Shown in pieces: positions 1 through 13,364 of a DNA stretch of 64,000 nt. Within the stretch, counting starts at the first letter, position 1. Each line of letters opens with the position of its first letter. This DNA comes from Phoronis australis (lineage: Eukaryota > Animalia > Phoronida). The notes beneath the pieces were generated by a model that saw only the letters and a program-made list of their open reading frames with translations, was not told where the DNA came from and ran no database searches. Location: contig NMRA01000801.1 in the NCBI GenBank assembly GCA_002633005.1, positions 1-64,000 on the forward strand. The letters are read 5' to 3'. The translations under genes were made by a program, and so were the position numbers.

Positions 1-180
1 AGGAACACCGAAATTCAAGCCAATTGAATTTTCTTGATTTTGAAGTTTGGGACCTGGGGATTTGGGGCATTCGTCATATTTCTGGAATATCCAACACTGC
101 GCTTAGTATCAACAGATTGCAGGTAGACTTGGCTGTTCGTAAAATAGCTGACAATGCAACATATTGGTGCATTCCCATAA

Positions 181-677
181 GGGCCTTTCATACTAACGTC
201 GAGGCGTCGATGTTTGGGGAGTTGCGGTCAGTATGAACGCTGGTCCTGGATCGCAGTTAACAGCCCCAGTTAACTTCGCATTTAACAGGTGGATTTAAGA
301 CCGCAGCGTCGACGCTGCGGTGCAGTAAGAACGGTTAACTTTGGTCCAGTCGAAGTTATCGCCAGGTGCCACTGTTATCGTCAACAGTTTCAAGGTAGTG
401 CCATCACTATTAGCTGCTTATATTTTGCTTTAATAATAACCAATCGATTTAAAAATAAGTTTAATGTCACTTAGCCCATGCAAATATTTCCAAATTTAAA
501 CATTGAAAAAAATGTTAACGTGCAACGCTACATTGCGATAACTTCGATGACGACAGCGGCACCAACCGCTTACTTCGATGTTCATTAGCTACCGAAGCCA
601 GTATGAACGGTCCAATTAACTGCGCTGTTTACGCCGACGCTCTGCTCAGACCAGAGTTAAGCCAATATGAAAGGGCC
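181..677. mobile_element. PIF/Harbinger-like MITE
   Basis: TIRs GGGCCTTTCATACT (181) and AATATGAAAGGGCC (664-677); flanked by TAA and TTA (TWA-type 3-bp target); no ORF. Confidence 0.75.
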
Positions 678-2973
678 TTAGAGTACAACATAGAGGTGTG
701 TGATTATTGTTGATCACTATTCTTGAATGTGGGACGGCTAATGTTGTCTATTTATAAAATTTGGCACGGGCTCCAACACTGAAGGAAATATTAATTAATT
801 TTTCACTGTCCTAAACTGGAGACTTCATACATAGTCATTGATTAGGGAAAGGTTTCTGGTCACAAAAATATGTGGACAGGTTTTTAACATGCTTAGAGGG
901 TGGAAGCTTCCAACTGGAATTGTTTTTCTCTATTTCTCTAAACTATTCCCTAAGTGTATTGTATGGTGGAAATTCTTTAGTTTGCGTCATAATGTGACAG
1001 AAAAGTGTAAATTTAGTTTGTGAAATTCTCACCATAAATTAGTATTACGAAATTTGTACTTTATTGTTAACATGGTTTTCACTGGCAGCAAACAGTGCTT
1101 GGAAAAAGACAATATTAGCAAACATTTTTGTCCAAATTGAATAATTTTTCTGTTTATTTCAGCAAAAAATATGTATCTCATTAAAGTGAACAAACTTTTG
1201 AAGCTAGAATTTTTGGCTGAGGTCTTTTGTGATTTTCTCTTTTTCTAAACTTTTCATGACTTTCGATGACATCTTTGAAAAGGAGCAAATGAGACATACT
1301 TTTTGAATTTTATTAGCAAATCTCATATCGTGCAGGAAATGATATTTTGAGCTGTAAATATGGCTGTGGTGTTGTGGTAGTTGTTTTGATAGGTCACCAT
1401 AGATAGATTAATCAGTGTCCTGATTAGTAGTGTGTTGATGAATGAGTGGGAGAGAGGGAGAGGATGGTGGCCACATGTCACTTGACCCTTCCCTTCAATT
1501 GAACCAGCATTGTCTCCTGTTTGGTAATCTTGGTATAGTTGGTATAGTGAAAAAAAATAATTATTTTCACAATGGTAGAGCTTTTTGCAAATTTTAGAAG
1601 TATGCAACATTGACCCATTCTAAATTCAAGGACTACAATCAACGGCAAATTACCTTTCACCTGGATGTTAGACAAAATGGGGATGTCCATACTCGACTCA
1701 TTGCGTTAATGGCCAAGTCTACTTTCAGACTCTCCATACGCAACTCATTGCCTTGACCAACATGAGGAATAACAAGATTGTCCCAATCTTCAGAATCTAG
1801 AATACTAGATTTCATCTGGAATTTCATTGTCCCAAATTTTAGGGACTGTTCAAACTGCAGAATTTTACTGTTAGTGCTTTCACAGTGGCTACTCTGGTCA
1901 CAAATTACCTTCACAAATCAGAATTTCAAGCAAGGAGACTGGGTAAAGTTCGAATCAATATTATAATAATATGTAACTTGATTTAAGGTTATTTAATTCT
2001 CTAGTGTTGGGTATGCAGTAGCAGTGTTCCCCACATCTGAAAATCTAAACAGGTCGCACGCGTAAAAACTGCAACGTGCCGGAATCGCGCGACGTTCAAC
2101 GTTCTCCATAAGCTAATGTGCAGTTTTTTGTGCACCTTATTTTTACCCACTCATTTTAATAGTAATGCACAGTAGTGCCAACAAATAACTGTTTGTATTC
2201 AACTTTTTATTTTTAAAAGTTGACTTATTTACAAACATATCACATATGTCATAACCCATTTGCTTAGTCAATGACTTTGAAATGGAAGTCTACAGAGTGT
2301 TTGATGCAGTATGGGGAAATGTTTTAGGCTACTTAATAATGATGTCAATGTCTACTAAGTACAAAAAGTCTGACACAGAAGTAAACTTTTCCTATGAAGT
2401 AGGCAGTCCAATTGAATTTCTGTGTTAAGTCAGTCACATTTTTATGTCTTGATAGCAGAGTTTACGTTTTCTCTCAGTCTGTACTGTAATATCTTGCACA
2501 ACATTCTTACAGTCTGAATTCGATGTTCTGAAGCTAGTACAACATATTGAACTTCTGCACTACCAGAACTCTTGTAAAAACTGCACAATATGCGAGTCCC
2601 CTTAAATGCAAATTAGGTAGGGTAAACAAAACAATTCACGTGCGTTTTCCATCTAGGCCCACTTGGACGGGAGTGTTAGCCCTGTTGATGACAACCAATA
2701 TTTCTAAAAAGATATCAACTGAATTATCAAACGCTTGCAACTATGGAATTCCCATAATTTTCTGGATTGTCACAAACTCATTCTTCCTGATGAAAACCAT
2801 CTATTCTCATGTTAGAGCGAATTGTATTCATTTGTATTGCCGATGTCTGACGTTGTCGGCAAAAATTCGGTTCACTGTTTATGACACAGATATCTTCGAT
2901 TTGTTGACCGAGCCCGGCAATATCACCACCATCCGGCCCTGGATTATCTGTCGTATCTACATCTGAGTCAACG

Positions 2974-4106
2974 CAGGGCTTCATCTAGGATTTCCAACAT
3001 AGGGTGTCCAAAATGGGGTTCCCAATATTCCAGGGCGTCCATGATTCCAACGCGGCATTACCCCCCCCCCCCCCCCCCCATTCACCAGTAACCCCCCCCC
3101 CCNNNNNNNNNNNNNNNNNNNNNNNNNNNNNNNNNNNNNNNNNNNNNNNNNNNNNNNNNNNNNNNNNNNNNNNNNNNNNNNNNNNNNNNNNNNNNNNNNN
3201 NNNNNNNNNNNNNNNNNNNNNNNNNNNNNNNNNNNNNNNNNNNNNNNNNNNNNNNNNNNNNNNNNNNNNNNNNNNNNNNNNNNNNNNNNNNNNNAAAAAA
3301 CTGTTGATCAAGACTTTTATGTTTAAATTTACGAAAACAGCCAAATAGCTTACCAAACGGGTATTACAGATATTACAGATATTGGTTGAACGATGAGTGC
3401 ACTGTTTTTGGTCATCTCAAGTCAAATTCTGTTATAAAGTTTATTATATCAACTTCACTAGCTTTATATTCTGTACAATGAGTCATCAAAGCTGCAGTTA
3501 CCAACAAAAGAAAAATGCACAGATGATGTGTGGCTTATATTTCGACAACAGGTGTCACTGCTGCTCCATTTTAGACGCACATAGAAAAGCATGAAACGGG
3601 CGAAAACTCAAACATTTTAAATGGGGATATTCTTGCGGCACATCATATTATTAAAATAATGACATTTATTTTGCTTTTGGTATTTTTAAAAAAAAGATGA
3701 AGTACATGAAATTACAGCTCTGAAACACCAGTTAGGAGTTAAGCAAGGTCCATGTCCCTATATAAAGTACAGAATGGCAGTGGCATGTGAGTCTATTGAA
3801 AGCAGACACTCTGGCAACCAACCACGTGCTAATGATTGACAGGTCAACCAAATAGTTTGAAGATATTGCAACATTTTAAATACTTTGTATAATTCTTTCC
3901 CAGTTGAAAGGGCCAACTTCCCGCTTTGATTAACTGGGAGTCTTAGTAATCTTTCAATGTGGGTGTCCAAACTGGAGAAATTCTGATTGACAGGGCGTCC
4001 AAATGATACATTGGGCGTCCTTGCCAGGGCGTCTACATTAGTGCTAGGATTAGTACGTCCTGGGCGTCCATTTGGACGCCCAGGACGTACGCTGCATGAA
4101 GGCCTG
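2974..4106. mobile_element. Nested non-autonomous hAT-like element (contains a gap)
   Basis: TIR CAGGGCTTCAT / ATGAAGGCCTG; repeated subterminal GGGCGTCC motifs; no TSD visible. Confidence 0.65.
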
Positions 4107-4554
4107 GTTCCAGGGCGAAATCTTGCCGACAAATGCGTAGCTGCTGGTCTCGCAATCGTCGATAGGGCTTGAATTCTTAAATAAGAATACAGCTTTGACT
4201 CAACAAATTACCTGAAATCCTCCTCAAGTTTTCCAAATAGCGTCTCCAAGATTTTTAAGTTCTTGTGAAGTCTGGATTAACAGCAGATTAAGTCCAAATC
4301 TACGCTACATTGTAGCACGCAACCCGAGAAAAATCTCTGTGGGAACACATGTTGTGTCACGTGACGTTTGTTTTGAAGTTTGTATGCGTGTGTGTGAGAG
4401 TAAGCGTGCGTGTGCTTGTCAGAGTTCATTTGCCAGAGTAATGTAATGATCTAGGTGTGCATTGTATCCAAAAAAAAGCAAGTCAAGCAGTCAAGCTGAG
4501 CGTGCTTAAATATTTACGGCTTAGCACTTGCTGGCCTCATCTGCTAAAAACGTT

Positions 4555-4725
4555 CNCAAACCGTTTGCAGGATCTTTACTAAATTTAGCAAATGTATTTA
4601 TGTGATGTTGACAACGGACGATGACGACTTTAGGATGATTCTGATTACCGGTATGCCTCTAGGGGCAATTTTAGTATTTGCCTCTAGTGGCAATTTTAGT
4701 ATTTTACATTGACCTCTGTATTTTC
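4555..4725 (-). repeat. Fragment of the Helentron-type repeat found at 51223-52290
   Basis: Reverse complement closely matches about 51584-51733 (CATACCGGTAGTCAGAATCATCCTAAAGTCG...GATCCTGCAAACGGTTTG). Confidence 0.8.
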
Positions 4726-6510
4726 ATGTCTGACGTTGTCGGCAAAAATTCGGTTCACTGTTTATGACACAGATATCTTCGATTCGTTGACCGAGCCCGG
4801 CAATATCACCACCATCCGGCCCTGGATTATCTGTTGTATCTGCATCTGAATCAATGTCAGTATCTGAAACATCTCTCGGTTTTTAAAATAATCCTTAGGC
4901 TTAGCGGTGCTTCGCTTTCGCGCGGCAGACGACATTTCTAAGTATGTAGAGTGCGTTTGTCAATTGGTGATGGAAGCCAGGATAAAATTCACTAACGTAA
5001 GGACCAAGCTAGGTAAACAAAACTTTGCGAGATTACGCGAGATATTACGGCTTGATTTCAATGAGAGCACGTGATTTTGGCTGCAATTTCTCAGCACGAA
5101 ACACATCTACTTTGAACTTTACTCAGTGACGTCACCCACTGTCCCAAATCTCGGAATGCTCACCCGAAACCGCAAACATCACAGCCACTATCGAAGTTGA
5201 GTTTGCGAATGGCTCGGCAGATTTTTAGAGGAAGTATGCGCCACAGATATAATGTTCATGCTGCCAACGAAACTCCTTATCAGGCAACGAGATGAACTCG
5301 GTCAATCTCAATGGGCCATTGGCACAAAAAGTAACCAATAATATTCATCTAAGTGAGAATAATCAAACAACGACCAATGAGAACCATCAAAAGCAGTTTC
5401 ATGCAAATGTTTTTGAGACTGGTATCGGCAAAGTCTGTGTCGTGGGGCCCACGTAATATTGAAAAATGTGCTACGAAAACCAAAATTCTGGCCTCCCAGA
5501 AGATGGCCGTTGCATAAACTGCTGCGCAACAGTGTCTTTGCTGACAACAAATACTTCGCAGAACTAACCACCGAGCCTTAATTATTTTCAATGGGTAATA
5601 TGATCAGTTCTCCGTCGAACACAAAAAGGTGACTGCAAAAGCGAAAAGGCCTAACGCAACGATCAGCGACTTTCATGCCGGACTGTACCTCCAGTGAGCA
5701 GGTAGTGGATTAGGCATATAGGTAGCACTGGGCCTTTGTTTAAATTGACTAGTTGTTGGAGATGAATTGAAAAGGTAATTGAGATTATTTACACGCTGCA
5801 TTACATCATAAATAGACTTGCGGCCTGGTCTGCCGCTTGAGTGAGACCGGTGATTAGGCTGTGCACAAGGGAACACCAACTTCCTTAGGCCCTTTATTCA
5901 GTTTCAATGGGCTATGGCCAGTTGCTGTCAAGCGTAATTTGAACCAGTGAAGAACTTATTAACGACCATGACACCTTTTGTTACAAAGTAGTCCCTATAT
6001 TTTTAAACTGGTCGCGGGATTTTTAAACTGGTCACGGGACATTTAAACAGGACGCGCGCTCGCCCAAACAGGACGCTGCGACACGTTAAAAGTGGTGGTG
6101 GAGAACACTGAGTAGTTGTGGAGCATAGAAGAAAGATAAGTCCTGGAAAACAATGTTTTACTAATGGAATATGAAAACACAGTGTGAGTGGAAACTGTCC
6201 ACTGGACATGTCCAGATGACGTGTCATCAGTAGTCGATCTCCCTGATTCTACTACTGCTGTTTTGTATTGCAAGAATTAATTTTTGAAAAATTGGCCCCT
6301 AATGCCCTAGTTATGGTTCAATCTGTGTCGGTAATGAGGCGAAGAACTCAAGATAATATATTGATCTCATGATAAGCTAAAGTATAATCTGGAAAAAAAC
6401 TAACATGAAGCTGTATTAATTGGATTGGTTAGATGTCAATTGGTAGCTTATCTTTGTTTATTGTTGGATGTTATTTTGTTTTCTTTGTTTATTGTTAGAT
6501 GTTATTGGTA

Positions 6511-7864
6511 CAGGGCTCGACATAACGACCTGCAGGTCGCATTTGCGACCTGAAATTTGGAAATGCGAGCTGAGATTTTGGCCAGCTCGCATTAAGTCGC
6601 AAAATGTGACCTGGAATTTCCAACGTATGCGAGCTGAGTTTTTAAACGTCGTGGTAGATACCTGGGAAATGTTGATTCTGACCGTTATTTGGTTGTTGCC
6701 AAATCAAGTTCAAAAGAACACTCATTGACTTGTAAACATGTTGCTTGAGCAAGGAAATGCAGAATTGGTCTTTGACGTATTTTATTGACCAATACTTTCG
6801 GCTTTTTGCAAATTTTCGGATGTGCCAAAGAAAGTTTTGGACCTTGGAATAATACTTGATAATACGTCAGAAAGCAGCGGTGTTTCTACTAATTCTTAAA
6901 CAACGAAATTACCAAGTTTAGTGGTTTATTGTTCATGTAAGGTGTCCTTAATATCAAATTACGGCAACACCCACGACAATATGCCTGATCGCACTGCGGC
7001 ACTGGTCGGTTCCACTGTTAGCGCAGGAAAGCGGTCCTGGCAGACGATTGTCGTGACTTGGAAAAATGCGTCTCGTTTTTTATCGCGAAAGACAGCAAAT
7101 GTGAAAATGACATCCGAATTAATCGCCAAACGACGGGCATGCTTTCGGCAGAATAGTAGAAACCCGCACAGTCGGAAATCATTTTGAGGATTTTTATTTC
7201 ATGGAAAACTATTTGACTACGTACCGGTAAACAGCTTAAGTCCCACATTTTTTTGTTGTGAAATTTGCAGTGAATTGTTTCCGGGTATCAATACGTCATT
7301 CAGCGAGTAGGGCAACGTTTTATGAGTTTCTTCCGACAGGATGTTTTTTTAAACGTCAAGTTGAAAAGTTTGGCATGCGAACAAATGGAAGGAATTTGCA
7401 CTTTGGATCTTTAACGACTTTGATGACAGTCATATAGCAAGTCAGTCCTAGAAAAGTCCCCGATACTTTTTCAACGAGTATTTTCACCTTTTTCACGTTG
7501 CACACTTAGCTATTCGAATGCATGTGTCGGTTATAGAGCACTGATTTAACTTTCACGTCGGCAACTGCCTTTTGCTCAGGGATCTTTCACTAGATGGCGC
7601 CAGTGATGAACGGTAACGGGGTGCATGCATGGTATGCTTGTAAGAACTCAATTTTGCGACATGAAATTTGTGAGTATTTAACATCACAAGAGCATAATCT
7701 AGGCATTTTCTGATGACCTAAAAGCCAATTTTGGTCCGTAAAAATGGCGGGAAATTTTTCGCGACATGGAATTTATGAAAGCCAGCTGGATTTTGAAAAT
7801 GCGAACTAGGATTTTGGCTTGGTCGCAAAGTGCGACCTGGCGATTTTCATAGCGTCGAACCCTG
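6511..7864. mobile_element. Non-autonomous hAT-like element with probable 5-bp TSD
   Basis: TIR CAGGGCTCGAC / GTCGAACCCTG; subterminal GGTCGCA..TGCGACC palindromes at both ends; interrupts a local repeat, leaving TGGTA / TGGAA flanks. Confidence 0.75.
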
Positions 7865-10800
7865 TGGAAGCTTATCTTTGTTTATTGTTAGATGTTATGG
7901 GTAGCTTATCTTTGTTTATTCCCATCACTTGAAATCTTGGTTCATAATCTTCAATTTGTGACATAATGTGGCAGAATAGGTGAACCAAAAATTCTCCAGT
8001 TTGAGGCAGTGAAAATTTTATTATTTTGCTCAAGGTTGGAGCTTGCACCAAGTTTCAGAAATTGGCAACATTACTTGCCTCAAATTAAAAAATTAACAAC
8101 TATTAACTTAACTTTCATGTTATACTCACTAGGGTGCGCGGTCTTATGAAAAGATTGCATCAGTGGATATTTTGAACAATTTTTTTAACTGCCAAATCTG
8201 TTTTCAGGTTCTTATGATAAACAACTCAGTATCTGATATTGAAAAATATAATGAACTCGGAAATCGGTGGTGTCCCAATCTTCAGAATCGAGAAAATTCA
8301 ATTCTGAATTTCGATGTCCCAGCTTTTACAGACTTCCCAAAACTGAAGAATTTTTACTGTAGATCTCTCAAATTATGTCACAATTTTGCTATTATCAAAT
8401 CATGCTTGAAGCAGTTTTATTGAAACTATTTTTGTTCTGACAGGTGATTAACGTGACAAATGAAGAAACTTTTTGATGGTTTTACTTAAGTATTGTGTTA
8501 GAGCTTGCTGGTCCCCAGTTTGGTAAATATGGCTTAAATTGAAATAGAACGGATCATGATGTTGGGTGTGGGTATAAAGAGAACCAGTTAACATTACAGT
8601 CTACTATGGACCAGGACATTCCAGTAACCCTGTTGAAATGTTCCACGACTATATGGTTAATACAAGGTAATCACCTTGTAAATATGGGGTCACAGGTCAT
8701 GATTCAGTGTCATGAATATTATGAAAAATTCGCTTTAATTTGCATTTTATCCATCAAATTCGGATTCTTGGTGATTGTAGAAACAGTTGGCTTGATTTGT
8801 TGCAATAGAATTTAAGTATTAGGTTACTTACCAACTTGAATAAGAATTTAGTAGATGCCACACTGCCCAGTGGCTAATCTCCTCTCTCGAACTTGTTTTC
8901 GAAATTGTTTTTCACATTTTTTGTTCTACTTTCGTGACAACTCGAGATAAGTGTGTATTATTTTCGTTGGGGTATATTACAGTTCAGGCAAACCAAACAA
9001 GTGTTTACATACTACATAGTCTAGTTGATGCATAGATTCCAGATACAGACACTTGTGAGCATTTGTGATAATGATAGAAGCCATTGAAAAAATGAAAAAC
9101 AAAACAATTTGGAAATTTGTTTTTGTCTAAAATGGTGTGATTTACGGTCAAAACGAGGCCACTAGGTGGCTCTGTACACATGTGGACGTCTGCTCTGTAT
9201 TGCATTATGCTGTGAGAAAATCAGATTGTGATCAAACAGAAATCAAAGCTAAAGACTACAAGTCATTATTGGTACATAATTGTGTGCTTAGAAATGATGT
9301 TATCTGCTGTCAGACACCTTCCCCACTTCATAAAAATAACAGACTGGATATTTGCACTTGAGACTTTCTGTTAAGTGTCTTATTTCCTGCTTCTAGTTAT
9401 GATTCCATTGTACATGTTGTGTTCAGGGGTCTGTTTAATTAAAAGATGTATTTGCGTGCTCCTAACTATGCTTATGTATAGCTGGAACTACACGATTATG
9501 CTAACTGAATATCATGATGCTAAACAAAGTGCAGTTGTATTCACTGATAAGTTGTAAATGTGGAAACAAAAATACTGCCAATAGGTGGCCTTTACACCAA
9601 TGACGTACCTTAGGGGCTCACATAGGGGCTCACATAGGGGCATCATTCAGTGTAACGGTTATTCTCAACACCACATCACCACACTTACTGGGTCGCGGCT
9701 CAGTGATTTACGATGGATCATTTTCAACACAAAATGCGTTATTGAAACCATTTTGGCAATTTTCAACCTTCTTCATATTCACATTGTTGCTACATGTTGT
9801 GTTTCTAACTAATTTGACAAAGCAATCGCAGATAAGGAACTAGGGTGCAAATTCCTCTTTAAGGAATGTTAACAGTAAGAAAATTTAATTTTCGGAATCT
9901 AAACCCACTAGCTTTGCAGTAGTTGCTCAGTGCTCTGTTGGTGAGACAAATCTCACTCTTCAAGTGCTGGGGTGTTTTAAGTGTAGATTTAAAGGGATAC
10001 AGACACTGGCTTTCATTTCAGCAAATGTCTGACAGACTACAGTGTGAATTGGCAATTTGTAATGAAATCACAGAAACAATGGATTTTGTTGTTTTATAGC
10101 TCTGGTCTAAGCTAATAACATCAATAAGTCTATCTTATCCGACAATAATCATGAAAATGTGTTTTTGGATGTAAAGCTGATCATGTTTAGGATTTCAGTC
10201 AGGAATTTGGTCGTGCACCCCCACTTCCCAATTATTGAATAAAGGTTCTTCAACACAGTTTAGAAATAATTCATACGGTTTATCTCAGGAACTATCAGTT
10301 ACCTGTATATACTCGGAAACTTTATAATTTTGCTAAAGTGAGATTAAATATTTTTCAGAATTAATTGTGAAGGAGGATCGTAAGACCCAATTTCTGACTT
10401 GAGTCACTTTCACTTAACAGACCCCTAATGGAATGACTGTATTACACACATTTCTGTGTCAAATGGTCACTTAAAACACAACATTTGATGCACATTAGTG
10501 GGTAGTGTAGTAACTCACAAGACTTGCATACATATGGATGGGATTACTGAGAGGAAATATGCTGAAGTGGTCTTCAGCTTCACTTGGTTTATTTTCATGT
10601 CCCCACACTTGTTAATATTGTGTGAAGTTATCTATAGGAAGTTTGGGTTACAAGTTGGGGCGATATGATCTTAATAGGTCTAGAGTATATAACCAACTAC
10701 TTCCTACATCTCCTGGCTTTTTGATTGAGAAATGTAATGAAAACTGTTGAAAATCAAACCATGTAACAATGTAACAATATTTGAAGGTGATGCACACACA

Positions 10801-11062
10801 CATATTCAGCCTTCACAATTCAAATACTTGGGATTTACAACAAAATGTCACCAATTTCGAACAAAATGAATGCCAGAGTTGTCCCGTTTTCCGTTTTCAA
10901 AGGTTTTAGCGGTGCAGTAAGTGCCCGCAATTTTTCAAAATATTGTAAGATGGTAGTTACATAAAAGAAGTTGAATATAGTAAAATTTTTAACTACACTG
11001 CTGCGTATCATTTAAAGTTTTACTTGTCCACCATATTGTGTCCTAAGTTGGTGAGGCTTTGC

Positions 11063-11870
11063 TGTTCATCTATTGACCTACTTTACCGTTCATCTATTGA
11101 CCTACTTTACCATTCATCTATTGACCTACTTTACCGTTCATCTCTTGACCTACTTTATCGTTCATCTATTGACCTACTTTACCGTTTATCTCTTGACCTA
11201 CTTTACTGTTCATCTCTTGACCTACTTTACCGTTCATCTCTTGACCTAGTTTACCGNNNNNNNNNNNNNNNNNNNNNNNNNNNNNNNNNNNNNNNNNNNN
11301 NNNNNNNNNNNNNNNNNNNNNNNNNNNNNNNNNNNNNNNNNNNNNNNNNNNNNNNNNNNNNNNNNNNNNNNNNNNNNNNNNNNNNNNNNNNNNNNNNNNN
11401 NNNNNNNNNNNNNNNNNNNNNNNNNNNNNNNNNNNNNNNNNNNNNNNNNNNNNNNNNNNNNNNNNNNNNNNNNNNNNNNNNNNNNNNNNNNNNNNNNNNN
11501 NNNNNNNNNNNNNNNNNNNNNNNNNNNNNNNNNNNNNNNNNNNNNNNNNNNNNNNNNNNNNNNNNNNNNNNNNNNNNNNNNNNNNNNNNNNNNNNNNNNN
11601 NNNNNNNNNNNNNNNNNNNNNNNNNNNNNNNNNNNNNNNNNNNNNNNNNNNNNNNNNNNNNNNNNNNNNNNNNNNNNNNNNNNNNNNNNNNNNNNNNNNN
11701 NNNNNNNNNNNNNNNNNNNNNNNNTACTTTACCGTTCATCTGTTGACCGACTTTACCGTTCATCTGTTGACCGACTTTACCGTTCATCTGTTGACCGACT
11801 TTACCGTTCATCTGTTGACCGACTTTACCGTTCATCTGTTGACCTACTTTACCGTTCATCTGTTGACTTA
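11063..11870. repeat. 24-bp minisatellite spanning an assembly gap
   Basis: Unit CTATTGACCTACTTTACCGTTCAT on both sides of the N run. Confidence 0.95.
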
Positions 11871-11899
11871 TTCTGCTGTTGTGGTATAGGCGATGAATT

Positions 11900-12070
11900 G
11901 ACCTATCGCCAGGATTTTGAGTGACTGCTTAAGTGACCAATGAGAACGTAGCATTCTTGATACAGTTTCGTTCCCAAGCCGCCATTTTACCCAATAAACG
12001 AGATGTTGGAGGGTAAAACTTATTGTTTGTTTGTCGACATTACGCAAGGGGGCGGAGCGTGTGATAGGTC
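11900..12070. mobile_element. Small MITE with AATT flanks
   Basis: AATT|GACCTATCGC ... GTGATAGGTC|AATT inverted termini. Confidence 0.55.
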
Positions 12071-12516
12071 AATTAGTGGCAACAAGGCATTAAACCAGGT
12101 CGTCAAACAAAATACGAGTTCACATTGGCTACCTACAGTTCGCCAAATTGACCGCTGTCATGTGACAGAATAATACAGGTCTTTAATATTCATAAATTGC
12201 ATTCAAATCTTTCAGTATTGAGCTGTGCATGCTTACACAAATATGATGGAGACTACATTTCAGACACACTTCATCCTGGCTGTGTTCAATGACTATCGTA
12301 GCGACCTCTATTAACAATGAATGGAAGCAGTGAGATATAGCCAAAAAGTCTCTTTGTGTTGGATAAGTTCACTGACATCATTTTTATGTGTAAGCTGCAA
12401 ATTAATAGCAAGCCTTTATAGAGCCTTGTCCTGCTGCCCTGACTGTTCAAAATAGTAACTGTCTACACGAGTCCATCTTTTTTCCCAGTCAATTGTTGAG
12501 TCGTATCTATTTTCAG

Positions 12517-12609
12517 TACGAGTTCAAAGCTAAGTCAATCAAGAAAAAGAAAGTGGCCATATGTATCTCTGTCAATGGAGTCACAGTTACTCTCAAGAAA
12601 AAGAAGAAG
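12517..12609 (+). CDS. NOS1AP: NOS1AP/CAPON exon, PTB domain (YEFKAKSIKKKKVAICISVNGVTVTLKKKKK)
   Basis: tttcag acceptor, gtaagt donor; resembles vertebrate NOS1AP [31 protein letters not shown]; phase 0/0. Confidence 0.93.
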
Positions 12610-13358
12610 GTAAGTTCTTGCATTCACCTCTAGGTGGAGCTGGCTTGAGTGGTCTCCCCTGCTTTACGTTTCATGCTTAAGCATTCCAAGTGTTCTTTAA
12701 AGGAGGAAGAAGTGTTTCCTTGATTTTTTGTTTAAATTCCTTTGTGCGCATTATTTTATACCTGTTGACAATGTAATTGCTAGGAACATTTGAAACTGAT
12801 TCAGTCATTTATAAACTTGTGATCCCTCTTCAAAAATCTTCCAACACATTTTCAATAAGCTTACTGTTGGATGCAGAATTATACTTGTGAGCTTGTTGTA
12901 CTTATGTTAGGAAAGAAGTGCTGGGCTTTGTTAGTGGAAATTCCCTGAAACATGAATACTGGGAAATGTCATAGTCGCAGCAAATGTGAACGGTGCATTT
13001 ACTGTGGTTATATCCCCTGTTTTTGTTGAAATTTGGTAAACTTGTGTAGATTATTGCCATGGATTTCCAGGCATTGCATATCTATGCTCTGGCTTCCACT
13101 GCCTTTAATGATTGGCTTTTTTTGTCATGTGGTAGCGAAATGTTAGTGATCGACTAAACTTGTTTCGTGTGAATTAAATTTCAATGATGTAACAGCATAA
13201 CTTCCTGAAATTAAACTATACATTTTAATTCTGTCTGTAACAAGTTTTGTGTTTTTTTTATAAACACTGCCTGTGTTTTGTTTTGTTTTGATAAACACCG
13301 CTTTTGATTTACGGGACAGACCCATCCTCTAATTTTGATAATTCTCTATTTCACACAG

Positions 13359-13364
13359 GATGAA
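13359..13364 (+). CDS. NOS1AP: Candidate 6-nt microexon (Asp-Glu) of NOS1AP
   Basis: ctctaat...ttctctatttcacacag|GATGAA|gtaagt; frame-preserving between two phase-0 junctions. Confidence 0.55.

Larger units (their letters stand above)
2022..6110 (-). mobile_element. hAT-like DNA transposon relic with 5-bp TSD and nested insertions
   Basis: TIR CAGTGTTCCCCAC / GTGGAGAACACTG; perfect AGTAG at 2017-2021 and 6111-6115; degenerate minus-strand coding traces (MSSAARKRSTAKPKDYFK near 4934; SSGSAEVQ...HRIQT...RLRENVN near 2450-2570, resembling the hAT C-terminal dimerisation motif). Confidence 0.7.

Noticed and set aside
2985-3356. ORFs with long X runs (also 11024-11859 and 30129-30578)
   Set aside because: Artefacts of translating through N gaps
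1-12516. NOS1AP 5' exons (the AFQHGI and GSLDVPRP segments)
   Set aside because: Not found by eye; probably upstream of the window, although a short exon could have been missed
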